A stretch of 64,000 bases of DNA from Mesorhizobium yinganensis (GTDB lineage: Bacteria > Pseudomonadota > Alphaproteobacteria > Rhizobiales > Rhizobiaceae): contig NZ_JBEBMH010000002.1 in assembly GCF_040081985.1 (NCBI RefSeq), positions 1 through 64,000 on the forward strand, read 5' to 3'. The notes beneath the pieces are model-generated. The model saw only the letters and a list, made by a program, of their open reading frames with translations, was not told the DNA's origin and ran no database searches. The position numbers were made by a program, and so were the translations under genes. Positions 37,428 through 46,807 of the stretch are shown piece after piece (the first letter of the stretch is position 1; each line of letters begins with the position of its first letter).

Positions 37428-38456
37428 ATGCGCGCGCTGCAACTGATCGAAGACCGCAGGCTGGAAGAGGTGGACATAGCGGAACCGCCGCCGCCTGCCA
37501 TCGGCGAGGTGACGCTGCGCATCAAGGCGGTGGCCCTGAACCACATCGACGTCTGGGGCTGGCGCGGCATGGCGTTTGCCAAGCGCAAGCTGCCGCTGAC
37601 CATCGGCGCGGAAGCGTCCGGCGAAGTAGAAGCGATCGGACAAGGCGTCGCAGGCCTCGTGCCCGGCCAACTGGTGTCGATCTACGGCGCGCGCACCTGC
37701 GGCCTATGCAAGGCCTGCAAGAGCGGCCGCGACAATCTTTGCGAGCACGTCGGCGGCGTGCATGGCTTCCACCTCGACGGTTTTGCCCAGGAGAAGATCA
37801 ACCTGCCGGCGCGCCTGCTGGTCCCTGCCCCGCCCGGCGTCGACGCCGTGGGCGCGGCGGTGGCACCGGTCACCTTCGGCACGGTCGAGCACATGCTATT
37901 CGACAATGCGAAACTGGAACCCGGCGAGACGATTCTGGTCCATGCCGGCGGCTCCGGCATCGGTTCGGCGGCGATCCAGCTTGCAAAACGCATGGGATGC
38001 ACGGTGATCACCACCGTCGGCTCGAACGATAAGGTCGAGAAGGCGGCGGCGCTCGGCGCCGACCACGTCATCAACTACCGCGAGGACCGGTTCGAAGGCG
38101 TTGTGCGCAAGCTGACGAAGAAGAAAGGCGTCGACGTGGTGTTCGAGCATGTCGGCGCCGACACGTGGGCGGGATCGATGCTCTGCCTCAAGCGCGGCGG
38201 CCGCCTCGTCACCTGCGGCTCGACCTCGGGCGTCTCCACCCAGATGAACCTGATGCAGCTCTTCCAGCAGCAGATCAAGATTTTCGGCTCGTTCGGCTGC
38301 CGCATGCAGAACATGGCCGACGCCATGCAGAAAATGGCGGCCGGCGTCGTCAAGCCCGTGATCGACACCGAGGTCGATTTCGGGTCGATCGATGCGGCGC
38401 TGAAGCGCATGGAAACCCGCGACGTGTTCGGAAAAATCATCCTGCGGGTCGGATGA
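37428..38456 (+). CDS. adhA2XL: Zinc-dependent alcohol dehydrogenase (MDR family) of the acpXL cluster
   Basis: GroES-like N-domain with Zn ligands (CGLCKACKSGRDNLCE). Rossmann motif GGSGIGSAA. Confidence 0.75.
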   Translation: MRALQLIEDRRLEEVDIAEPPPPAIGEVTLRIKAVALNHIDVWGWRGMAFAKRKLPLTIGAEASGEVEAIGQGVAGLVPGQLVSIYGARTCGLCKACKSGRDNLCEHVGGVHGFHLDGFAQEKINLPARLLVPAPPGVDAVGAAVAPVTFGTVEHMLFDNAKLEPGETILVHAGGSGIGSAAIQLAKRMGCTVITTVGSNDKVEKAAALGADHVINYREDRFEGVVRKLTKKKGVDVVFEHVGADTWAGSMLCLKRGGRLVTCGSTSGVSTQMNLMQLFQQQIKIFGSFGCRMQNMADAMQKMAAGVVKPVIDTEVDFGSIDAALKRMETRDVFGKIILRVG

Positions 38457-39406
38457 AGTCGCGCGACCGCCTCTACCACCTCTCGCGGTTCCTGACGCAG
38501 GCCGGCTACTGGCTGACCGCGCAGGTGTCGCTGACGCTGATGCGCGTGCTGAGGCTGCTGCCCGCCGACAAGGCGATCAATTTTGCCGATCGCGTCGCCC
38601 GCCGCCTCGGCCCGCTGGTCGGCCGGCATCAAGTGGCTCTGGAGAATTTGCGAAAGGCCTATCCGGAGAAAAGCGAGGACGAGATCAAGACCATCGCCGT
38701 CGACATGTGGGGCAACATGGCGCGGCTGGCGGCCGAATATGTATTCCTCGACCAGTTGTTCGACTTCGACCTGCAGTCGGAGAGTACGGGCCGCGTCGAG
38801 GTCGAGGGCATACCGCTCTTCAAGAAGATCGCGGAAGAGGACCGACCACACATATTGTTCACCGGACATCTCGGCAATTTCGAGCTGCTCCCGATTGCCG
38901 GCGCCGCCTATGGCATGAAGGTGACTTCGCTGTTCCGGCCGCCGAACAATCCCTACATCGCCGACTACATCAATTCGACGCGGCGCTCGACCATGGGCGA
39001 CCTGATCGCCTCGCGCGCCGGCGTGTCGTTCATGCTGGCCAGGATTCTCGACGACAATGGCACCATCGGCGTGCTGGTCGACCAGAAATTTAGACACGGA
39101 CTGCCGACGACATTCTTCGGGCGGCCGTGCGAGACCAGCCCGCTGCTGCCCAAGCTCGCCCGCCAATACGACTGCGATGTCTATCCGGCGCGCTGCATCC
39201 GCCTACCCGGCAACCGCTTTCGCCTGGTCATCGAGCCGAAACTGGAACTGCCCAGGCTGGAGAACGGCCGCATCGACGCGCAAGCCACCGCGCAATTGCT
39301 CAACGACGTGGTCGAGCGCTGGGTTCGCGAGGACCCCGGCCAGTGGATGTGGTTTCACAAACGCTGGAAATTGACCCGCAAGAATCGCCGCGCCCGCGCC
39401 TCATAG
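38453..39406 (+). CDS. lpxXL: Lipid-A very-long-chain fatty acid acyltransferase (HtrB/MsbB family)
   Basis: Its ATG overlaps the ADH stop. HLGNFELL is the H(X)4E-like acyltransferase motif. About 317 aa, as in LpxXL. Confidence 0.8.
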   Translation: MKSRDRLYHLSRFLTQAGYWLTAQVSLTLMRVLRLLPADKAINFADRVARRLGPLVGRHQVALENLRKAYPEKSEDEIKTIAVDMWGNMARLAAEYVFLDQLFDFDLQSESTGRVEVEGIPLFKKIAEEDRPHILFTGHLGNFELLPIAGAAYGMKVTSLFRPPNNPYIADYINSTRRSTMGDLIASRAGVSFMLARILDDNGTIGVLVDQKFRHGLPTTFFGRPCETSPLLPKLARQYDCDVYPARCIRLPGNRFRLVIEPKLELPRLENGRIDAQATAQLLNDVVERWVREDPGQWMWFHKRWKLTRKNRRARAS

Positions 39407-39718
39407 CGTCGGTCATCCGGTCGCGGCCTCGTGATCCGCTTTTGTCGGAACATGTCGCGAAGTCGTCCGTTCACATTGGAAATACGCACGCAACATTAAG
39501 TGTGCATTAACCATGTGGACGGAGACTTTTGATGGACAGTGATCCGAAGGTGGAGCCGATGCTGAAGCGCCCAAAGGTCGAAAAATCGAGCCCTGTCATC
39601 TGGACACCCTGGGGTCCGCAGAAGTTCTCGGAACGCGATGCGCAGCTTGCGGCCCGTCGAAGGCTTGGCCGGAAAGTCGAGAAACTCGGCGCGCGCAAGC
39701 CGGTGCTGGTCGGCTGAC

Positions 39719-40642
39719 CTACCCGCCGTAATAGTTCATCACCGCATGGCGCGCCTCGGCGAAAAACAGCCAGCGTTCGAGGAATATGCCGGCATAGTGG
39801 AGCAGCGTGGCACAGGCGATAATCGCGGCAGAGGCCACTGGAAAGGCTGAGAAAGCAGCAGCCGCGAGCAACAAAAGTACCGGCAGCACCCCTCCCGCAA
39901 GGAATGAGATACGCCCCAGTTTCGCGGCGTGCTTTCGGGCGATCACAAATCCCATTTCCCGCGTCAGATAGTTTTCGTTGATGTGCGGCCGCTCGAACAG
40001 GCGGACTTTTCCGATCGAACCAAGCCCGGTTGCGGTCTCCGGGGTCGACAGCGGCCGTAGCGTGAGCATGCGCCGACGCCAAGCAGTCTTGGCAATCCAG
40101 GCGACGAGGGTTGCGGCGACGGCGGAGAGTGTCAGCCACAACCCATTGCCGCCCCCGGCCGTACCCGCCAGGCTTGCGAGGATCAGTCCGCCCGACAGGC
40201 CAAACAGCAGGAAGCAGAGCGGCGTCAGCGGCGTATGCCATGCCTGCACGGATCTGAGCGAGGCATAGATCATGCCGGTGCAGTAGACCGTGAGCGCCGC
40301 TCCGGCCGTGCCGAGCAGGCCGGCTGATGGGATGTATCGGCTTTCGACCACCGTTGCCCAGGCCGACCAGAGCAGCGGCACGAAGGTCAGCAGCGCCATG
40401 ACGCCCTCGCGCGACAGCCAGCTCGACCGCCATTGTGACAGCGCCCGCCATGCGCGCTGCGGGTTGCCAAGATGGAGCGTGGAGGACATCAGGCCGGCCC
40501 CTATCAGCACGAGCGCGCCGAGATAGGCGAGTTTCGTAGCCAGTGCCGAAGGATCGAGGACGCCAAGCCCGAGGATCGCGGCAAGGCCGTAGCCGAGACC
40601 GGACAGCGTGGTGAAGACGATGATGGAAAAGGCGGGGTGCAT
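39719..40642 (-). CDS. DmsC-family membrane anchor subunit of a molybdopterin oxidoreductase
   Basis: MHPAFSIIVFTTLSGLGYGLAAILG... with about 8 TM helices, typical of the DMSO-reductase anchor family. Confidence 0.7.
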   Translation of the reverse strand: MHPAFSIIVFTTLSGLGYGLAAILGLGVLDPSALATKLAYLGALVLIGAGLMSSTLHLGNPQRAWRALSQWRSSWLSREGVMALLTFVPLLWSAWATVVESRYIPSAGLLGTAGAALTVYCTGMIYASLRSVQAWHTPLTPLCFLLFGLSGGLILASLAGTAGGGNGLWLTLSAVAATLVAWIAKTAWRRRMLTLRPLSTPETATGLGSIGKVRLFERPHINENYLTREMGFVIARKHAAKLGRISFLAGGVLPVLLLLAAAAFSAFPVASAAIIACATLLHYAGIFLERWLFFAEARHAVMNYYGG

Positions 40643-40664
40643 GGTTAGATGTTTCGCCCCGTCC

Positions 40665-40850
40665 AACACCCCTCATCCGACCTCGCTTTGCTCGGCCACC
40701 TTCTCCCACAAGGGGAGAAGGGAGAGTTTCGCGCCGACCTTGCAGCAAATCGTCGACATCGGAGATTTGCTGAAACGAAGCGGCGGCGCTCTCCCTTCTC
40801 CCCTTGTGGGAGAAGGTGGCCGAGCAAAGCGAGGTCGGATGAGGGGTGTT
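40665..40850. repeat. Large perfect palindromic element (about 58-bp arms, about 68-bp spacer) between the B and C subunit genes
   Basis: Left arm cacccctcatccgacctcgctttgctcggccaccttctcccacaaggggagaagggagag. Right arm ctctcccttctccccttgtgggagaaggtggccgagcaaagcgaggtcggatgaggggtg, an exact reverse complement. Confidence 0.7.
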
Positions 40851-40892
40851 CCAGCTTGGCGCTCGCAACCGATGGAAGGCAATTCGAGTGCA

Positions 40893-41657
40893 TCAAATCC
40901 GGTCCAGCATGCCGTCGAGCCAGGCGAAGAAGCCGCTGGCGCCGGAGGTGTTTTCGGCAAGCAGCGCACCGGCGCTTGCGGCCAGCGGCGTTCGCGGACG
41001 CGGGGGAAGATATTTGTTGACGGGGCGCGTGCCCTGCTCCGGCATCAGGTCCATGCCGCCGCGCTCGGCCACCATGATCGACACCGCCGAGGCCGGATCG
41101 GCGAGGTCGCCGAAATGCCGGGCATTGGCCGGGCATGTCCGCACGCAGGAGGGCACGCGGTCCACCTCCTTGAGCGTCTCGTTGTAGATGCGGTCTACGC
41201 AGAGCGTGCATTTTTTCATGACGCCTGCGGCAAGGTCCATCTCGCGCGCGCCGTAGGGACAGGCCCAGGCGCACAGGCCGCAGCCGATGCATTTGTCCTC
41301 GTCGACCAGCACGATGCCGTCCTCGCCGCGCTTATAGGACGCGCCGGTCGGGCAGACGGTGACGCAGGGCGCATCATCGCAATGCAGACAGCTTTTGGGG
41401 AAATGCACGATGCGCGCCTCGCCCGCCTCGCCGATCACCTCGCCGCCTTCCGGTACGACCTCGAAAGAGTGGATGCGATTGAGGAAGGTGCCGGAAACGC
41501 CAGGCCCGTAAGGTTGCTGGTCGGAGAGCGCGTTGCCGTAGCCGCCGGTGTTCCACTCCTTGCAGGAGACCACGCAGGCATGGCAGCCGACGCAGACGTC
41601 GAGATCGATAACCAGCCCGAGCTTTTTGCCGGAGCGCTCTGCGGGCAGACTGGTCAT
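40893..41657 (-). CDS. 4Fe-4S ferredoxin-type electron-transfer subunit (DmsB-like)
   Basis: Four Cys clusters (CVGCHACVVSC, CLHCDDAPCVTVCP, CIGCGLCAWACP, CTLCVDRIYNE...CVRTCP). Confidence 0.8.
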   Translation of the reverse strand: MTSLPAERSGKKLGLVIDLDVCVGCHACVVSCKEWNTGGYGNALSDQQPYGPGVSGTFLNRIHSFEVVPEGGEVIGEAGEARIVHFPKSCLHCDDAPCVTVCPTGASYKRGEDGIVLVDEDKCIGCGLCAWACPYGAREMDLAAGVMKKCTLCVDRIYNETLKEVDRVPSCVRTCPANARHFGDLADPASAVSIMVAERGGMDLMPEQGTRPVNKYLPPRPRTPLAASAGALLAENTSGASGFFAWLDGMLDRI

Positions 41658-41689
41658 GCGGTGGCCTTGATAAGGCTAGAGCCGAAATT

Positions 41690-41840
41690 ACTCCCATCCC
41701 TAGCCCCTCCCCACAACGGGTAGGGGGACTTTGCGGCCGCAATGCCGCGCGAAACCACCGACGATTGATGCCTGGCCGAAGTGCAAGCCGATCCCCCTTC
41801 CCCTTGTGGGGAGGAGTTAGGGGTGGGGGTAGCTGTCTTC
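41690..41840. repeat. REP/RIME-like inverted repeat between the A and B subunit genes
   Basis: cccctccccacaacgggtagggggac (about 41702-41730) and gatcccccttccccttgtggggaggagttaggggtggggg (about 41790-41832) carry complementary ccccacaa/ttgtgggg cores. Confidence 0.4.
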
Positions 41841-41859
41841 GGGGTCGGCCAAGTCAGGA

Positions 41860-44709
41860 TCACTTCGCCCACTCCTGCCCGTAGCGCAACTCGGCCGGAA
41901 TATCCTCGCCCCGCCTCAACTTGGCGACCGAGGCGAAATGCGGCTGGCTTTCGATGCCCGCCTCGGCCTTCTCGATGCGCACACGCAGATCGTACCAGGC
42001 GGCCTGTCCGGTGACCGGATCGGAGTTCGACCAGCGCAGCCCGTCGCCCTTTGGCGGCAAAAGCTCGTTGATGAGGTGGTTCATCAGGAACCCGCGCTCG
42101 GCCTCCGGCGATTTCGGGTCGAGCGCCCAGGCGCCGCCACGCTTGCCGATTGCGTTCCAGGTCCAGATCGTCGAGGAATTCACCGCCTCCATGCGTTTGA
42201 TCTCGACTTTTATACGGCCGTGGCTGGAGGTGACCCACACCCAGTCGCCGTCACCGAGCCCATGCTCGTCGCAGATCGGACCCGGCACGTAGAGCGGGTT
42301 GCGCGTGTGGATCTGGCGCAGCCAGGCGTTCATCGAGCCCCAGGAATGGTACATGGCCGCCGGCCGCTGTGTGATCGCGTGGTACGGGAATTGTTCACGG
42401 TCGACCGCCGCCTCCTCGAAGGGGCGGTACCAGATCGGCAGCGGATCGAAGGTCTCGAGGATGCGCGCCCGGTGCGTTTCAGGTGCGATCGGCTCACGCA
42501 CGCCCTCGGCGGACAGCCGAAATTTCTGCAGCGATTCCTGATAGAGTTGGAAGATGACCGGCTGCGGCTGATCGAAGAATCCCATGCGCACCGCAAAATC
42601 CTGGTAGGCCTTATTGGCGTGCTTGAAGAATTGCGCCTCCAGCGGGATGTGCGCCGAGAAAAAAGAACCGTTCTCGATGTAGCGCTTCAACTGATCCGGA
42701 TTGCTGGCGCCGCGCCCGGTGCGGTCGCCTTCCCGGCCGCGAAAACCGGCCAGCGGGCCGATGCCTGGCCGGCGCTCGTGGCGGACGATGTAGTCGGCAT
42801 AATTTTCGTAAATCGGCTTGCCGCGATTGTCGGCGAAGGCCGGCAGTTTCAGCCGCGCGCCGAGGTCGAGCAGCACGGACTGGAAGCCGCGCACGTCGCG
42901 GTCGGGTTCGACCACCGGCCAGCGGATGGCGTCCTGCACTGCGTCCGGCTCCGAGATCGGCCGGTCAAGCATGGAGATGCAATCGTGGCGCTCAAGATAG
43001 GTCGTGTCCGGCAGCACGAGGTCGGCATAGGCGACCATCTCGGAGGCATAGGCATCGGAATAGATGATTTTCGGGATGCGGTACTCGCCGGTTGCCGGAT
43101 CCTTGTCTTCCAGCATCTTGATCACGCCGCCGGTATTCATCGACGAGTTCCACGCCATGTTGGCCATGTAGAGGAACAGCAAGTCAACGGGGTACGGATC
43201 GCCCGCATGGGCGTTGGCGATCACCATGTGCATCAGGCCGTGCGCCGAGAACGGCGCGTCCCAGGAAAACGCCTTGTCGATGCGGGTCGGATTTCCGTCC
43301 TTGTCGATCAGCATATCCTCCGGCCCGCGCGGAAAGCCGAGATGCGGGCCGGACAGAGGTTTGTTGGAGCCAAAATGCTCCGCCTTGCCATGCGGCGTCG
43401 GATGCGCCGCGACCGGCTTCGGATAAGGCGGCTCGAAGCGGAACCCGCCGGGACAGTCGATGGCGCCGATCAGCACTTGCAAAAGATGCAGCGCACGCGC
43501 CGTCTGAAAACCGTTGGAATGGGCGGAGATGCCGCGCATGGCGTGGAAGGAGACGGGTCGGCCGACAAAACCGTCATGCTGCCTGCCGTCGACATCGGTC
43601 CAGGGCTGGTCGAGGAAGATCGCCTCGTCGAAAGCGACGCGGGCGATCTCGGCGGCAAGCCCGCGGATCACGTCAGCCGCAACACCGGTCTCGCCGGCGA
43701 CCGCCTCGGGCGCGTATTGCGGATCAAGGTATTTTTCAGCGAGGAGTTGGAAGGCCGGCTGCGCAAAACGTCCATCCGGCAGCTCCACGCGGCCCGAAAG
43801 AGCCGCCCGTGCCCCTTGTGTGCCCAGCGACACCACGCGCTCCGTCACGCTTTCGAAGACGAGCGGTTTTCCTTCGCCGTCGCGCGCGAACAGCCCGTGG
43901 TCGGCAGCACCCGGCTGGTCGATCACCAGCCATGTCGCATTGGTGTAGCGCACGATGTAGTCGACATCGATCTTTCGCGCTTTGAGCAATTCGTGAATGA
44001 CCGAGAGGATCAGCAGCCCGTCGGTGCCGGGGCGGATGCCGATCCAGTTGTCGGCGATGGCTGAATAGCCCGTGCGCACCGGATTGACCGAGACGAAACG
44101 CGCACCGTTCTTCTTCAGCTTCGACAGGCCGATCTTGATCGGGTTGGAATCATGGTCCTCGGCCACGCCGAACAGCACGAACAGTTTTGTGCGGTCCCAG
44201 TCCGGCGCGCCGAATTCCCAGAACGCGCCGCCGATGGTCATGATGCCGGCCGCCGCCATGTTGACCGAGCAGAAGCCGCCATGCGCGGCATAGTTCGGCG
44301 TGCCGTACATCTGCGCCCAGTAGCCAGTCAGCGACTGCGACTGGTCGCGGCCGGTGAAAAAGGCAAGCTTCTTCGGATCGCGCTCGCGCACTTCGCCCAG
44401 CCATCGCGTCGCCGTCTCCAGCACCTCGTCCCAGGAGATTTCCTTGAACTCGCCGGAGCCGCGCGGCCCGACGCGCTTCAGCGGCGCCTTGAGGCGGGCC
44501 GGAGCGTAATGCTGCATGATGCCGGCCGAACCCTTTGCACACAGCACACCGCGGTTGACCGGATGGTCGCGGTTGCCTTCGATGTAACGGATTTTTCCGT
44601 CCTTGATGTGCACGTCGATGCCGCAGCGGCAGGCGCACATATAGCAGGTGGTCTTGCGGACCTCGTCGGAGACGGGTTCCGAAAGCGCAACCCGTGGCTT
44701 AGCCGGCAT
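41860..44709 (-). CDS. Molybdopterin (bis-MGD) oxidoreductase catalytic subunit, no Tat signal
   Basis: 949 aa. N-terminal Fe-S motif CYMCACRCGIDVH...LCAKGSAG. No RR twin-arginine motif. Molybdopterin-binding domains throughout. Confidence 0.8.
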   Translation of the reverse strand: MPAKPRVALSEPVSDEVRKTTCYMCACRCGIDVHIKDGKIRYIEGNRDHPVNRGVLCAKGSAGIMQHYAPARLKAPLKRVGPRGSGEFKEISWDEVLETATRWLGEVRERDPKKLAFFTGRDQSQSLTGYWAQMYGTPNYAAHGGFCSVNMAAAGIMTIGGAFWEFGAPDWDRTKLFVLFGVAEDHDSNPIKIGLSKLKKNGARFVSVNPVRTGYSAIADNWIGIRPGTDGLLILSVIHELLKARKIDVDYIVRYTNATWLVIDQPGAADHGLFARDGEGKPLVFESVTERVVSLGTQGARAALSGRVELPDGRFAQPAFQLLAEKYLDPQYAPEAVAGETGVAADVIRGLAAEIARVAFDEAIFLDQPWTDVDGRQHDGFVGRPVSFHAMRGISAHSNGFQTARALHLLQVLIGAIDCPGGFRFEPPYPKPVAAHPTPHGKAEHFGSNKPLSGPHLGFPRGPEDMLIDKDGNPTRIDKAFSWDAPFSAHGLMHMVIANAHAGDPYPVDLLFLYMANMAWNSSMNTGGVIKMLEDKDPATGEYRIPKIIYSDAYASEMVAYADLVLPDTTYLERHDCISMLDRPISEPDAVQDAIRWPVVEPDRDVRGFQSVLLDLGARLKLPAFADNRGKPIYENYADYIVRHERRPGIGPLAGFRGREGDRTGRGASNPDQLKRYIENGSFFSAHIPLEAQFFKHANKAYQDFAVRMGFFDQPQPVIFQLYQESLQKFRLSAEGVREPIAPETHRARILETFDPLPIWYRPFEEAAVDREQFPYHAITQRPAAMYHSWGSMNAWLRQIHTRNPLYVPGPICDEHGLGDGDWVWVTSSHGRIKVEIKRMEAVNSSTIWTWNAIGKRGGAWALDPKSPEAERGFLMNHLINELLPPKGDGLRWSNSDPVTGQAAWYDLRVRIEKAEAGIESQPHFASVAKLRRGEDIPAELRYGQEWAK

Positions 44710-44898
44710 CTTTTGCGCCCCGTGCGGCCTGGCTGGTCATCATCGCAGCCATCTCTATCGGTCACGCCGGGGGAAGCAAATGCTCTAAAACGTCAATTCA
44801 TAGCAAAATTTGTGTAGACCTATCCCCATGCCGCGCAAAGCGCCGGTCGATTGCGTGGTTTGCAACGATCGCTGGCGGCTGGCGTCCGCTCGCGCGGT

Positions 44899-45330
44899 TC
44901 AGTTGGTGACGATGATCCGGGTATTTCCGGGTCCGATCTCTTTCACCAGCGAGTAGAAGGTCGCCGCATTCGCGGTCTGCAGCCGCACACATCCGTGCGA
45001 CGCAGGCCGGCCGAGCGACTTCACCGCTCCGGTGCCGTGGACCGCGTAGCCGCCATAGTAGAACACCGAATAGGGCATCGGGGCATTGTCGTATTTGCGT
45101 GAACGCCACATCTTGTGCAGACGGGTTGGACGCCAACTGCCGCGCGGCGTGACATATCCTTTGCGCGCGGTAGAAACTTTCCACACGTGGATGACACGTC
45201 CGTGCTTGCTGACAGTCATCGTCTGGCTGGCGACATCCACCTGGGCCACCAGACTTGCCGCGAAACTCTGGCTTATGCCGCTGAAAAGAAGTCCGCAGAA
45301 CGCTGCGGCCACCAATACCGACTTTCTCAT
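44899..45330 (-). CDS. L,D-transpeptidase (YkuD domain)
   Basis: Signal peptide MRKSVLVAAAFCGLLFSGISQSFAAS. Catalytic HGCVRL motif near the C-terminus. Confidence 0.75.
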   Translation of the reverse strand: MRKSVLVAAAFCGLLFSGISQSFAASLVAQVDVASQTMTVSKHGRVIHVWKVSTARKGYVTPRGSWRPTRLHKMWRSRKYDNAPMPYSVFYYGGYAVHGTGAVKSLGRPASHGCVRLQTANAATFYSLVKEIGPGNTRIIVTN

Positions 45331-45529
45331 AAAGCCCACCCTGATAGCTACGACACAACCGCGCTTTTCATTGCCTGAGCACGATTAGCATGAAGAGATT
45401 GAGCAATTTGCCAATGTGACTTCACGCATTTGATCAATTCCTCGCGATTATTCGTTAAAATATTGACCCATCCTGGGTTGTGTCGCCGGGCGCTTGCCAA
45501 ACCACCTTCTTGCCTGCTCAAATCCGCTC

Positions 45530-46807
45530 ATGACCGACGGACTGATCGACGCAGTCGCCGCGCGCCGCGACGAACTTATTGCGCTCACCATAGACCTCAT
45601 CCGTTTTCCGACGGTAAATCCGCCGGGCGAGGCCTATACGCCCTGCGCCGAATATCTGGGCGAGCGGCTGCGCCGGCGCGGCTTCGCCGTCGACTATGTG
45701 CGGGGCGTCGGCACGCCGGGCGATTCGGACCGCTATCCGCGCACCAATGTCGTGGCGCGGCGCGAAGGCCGTTCGCCCGGACCGACCGTGCATTTCAACG
45801 GCCATATCGACGTGGTCGAACCGGGCCATGACTGGACGGTCGACCCATTCGCCGGCGTCGTGAAGGACGGGCGCGTCTACGGGCGCGGCGCATGCGACAT
45901 GAAAGGCGGGCTGGCGGCAGCCATCATCGCGGCCGAGGCCTATATCGAGCTCAACCCGGATTTTGCCGGCGCCATCGAGATTTCCGGCACGGTCGATGAG
46001 GAGTCGGGCGGCTTCGGCGGCGTCGCCTATCTGGCATCGAAGGGATCTTTCTCAAAACCGCGCGTCGACCACGTCATCATCCCCGAACCGTTGAACAAGG
46101 ACCGCATCTGCCTCGGCCATCGCGGCGTCTGGTGGGCGGAGATCGAGACAAAGGGCGAGATCGCGCACGGCTCCATGCCCTTCCTCGGCGACTGCGCGGT
46201 GCGCCACATGGGCGCCGTGCTCGACGCCTTCGAGGCTGAACTGTTCCCACTGCTCGACAGCAAGCGCACAAAAATGCCGGTGGTGCCGGAGGGCGCACGG
46301 CGCTCGACGCTGAACCTGAATTCCGTGCATGGCGGCCAGACCGACGACTTCAAACCCGGCCTGCCCTCGCCCAACGTGCCGGATTCGTGCCGGCTGACCA
46401 TCGACCGGCGCTTCCTGCTGGAAGAGGATCTTCACGACGTGAAGCAAGAAGTGGTGTCCATCCTCGAAAGGCTGAAGCGCGAGCGGCCGAAATTCGACTA
46501 CGTCGTCCAGGACGTCATGGAAGTCCACCCGATCATGACGGACCATGACAAGCCGGTGCCTTCAGCGTTGGCGCAAGGCATCCGCGCCGTCTTCGATCGT
46601 GAGCCGGACTATGTCATCTCGCCCGGCACGTATGACCAGAAGCACATCGCGCGCATCGGCCATGTCTACGACTGCGTGGCCTACGGTCCCGGCATCCTCG
46701 ACCTGGCCCACCGGCCGGACGAATGGGTGGGCATCGACGACATGGTACAGTCGGCGCAGGTCATGGCGATCGGGCTGGATCTGCTGCTGCGGGGCAAGGC
46801 TGGCTAG
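45530..46807 (+). CDS. M20-family metallopeptidase / deacylase (ArgE/DapE-like)
   Basis: NGHIDVV (His ligand) and GRGACDMKGG (Asp/Glu block) metal-binding blocks typical of M20. An alternative start lies at 45494. Confidence 0.75.
   Translation: MTDGLIDAVAARRDELIALTIDLIRFPTVNPPGEAYTPCAEYLGERLRRRGFAVDYVRGVGTPGDSDRYPRTNVVARREGRSPGPTVHFNGHIDVVEPGHDWTVDPFAGVVKDGRVYGRGACDMKGGLAAAIIAAEAYIELNPDFAGAIEISGTVDEESGGFGGVAYLASKGSFSKPRVDHVIIPEPLNKDRICLGHRGVWWAEIETKGEIAHGSMPFLGDCAVRHMGAVLDAFEAELFPLLDSKRTKMPVVPEGARRSTLNLNSVHGGQTDDFKPGLPSPNVPDSCRLTIDRRFLLEEDLHDVKQEVVSILERLKRERPKFDYVVQDVMEVHPIMTDHDKPVPSALAQGIRAVFDREPDYVISPGTYDQKHIARIGHVYDCVAYGPGILDLAHRPDEWVGIDDMVQSAQVMAIGLDLLLRGKAG

Noticed and set aside
39507-40868. 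453-aa minus-strand ORF extending across the large palindrome into the DmsC-like gene
   Set aside because: It reads through the 186-bp palindromic repeat and is out of frame with the TM-rich DmsC-like protein. I prefer the shorter in-frame membrane protein.
41938-44064. 708-aa plus-strand ORF antisense to the molybdopterin oxidoreductase gene
   Set aside because: Arg-rich nonsense translation. The minus-strand frame carries the Fe-S and MGD-binding motifs.
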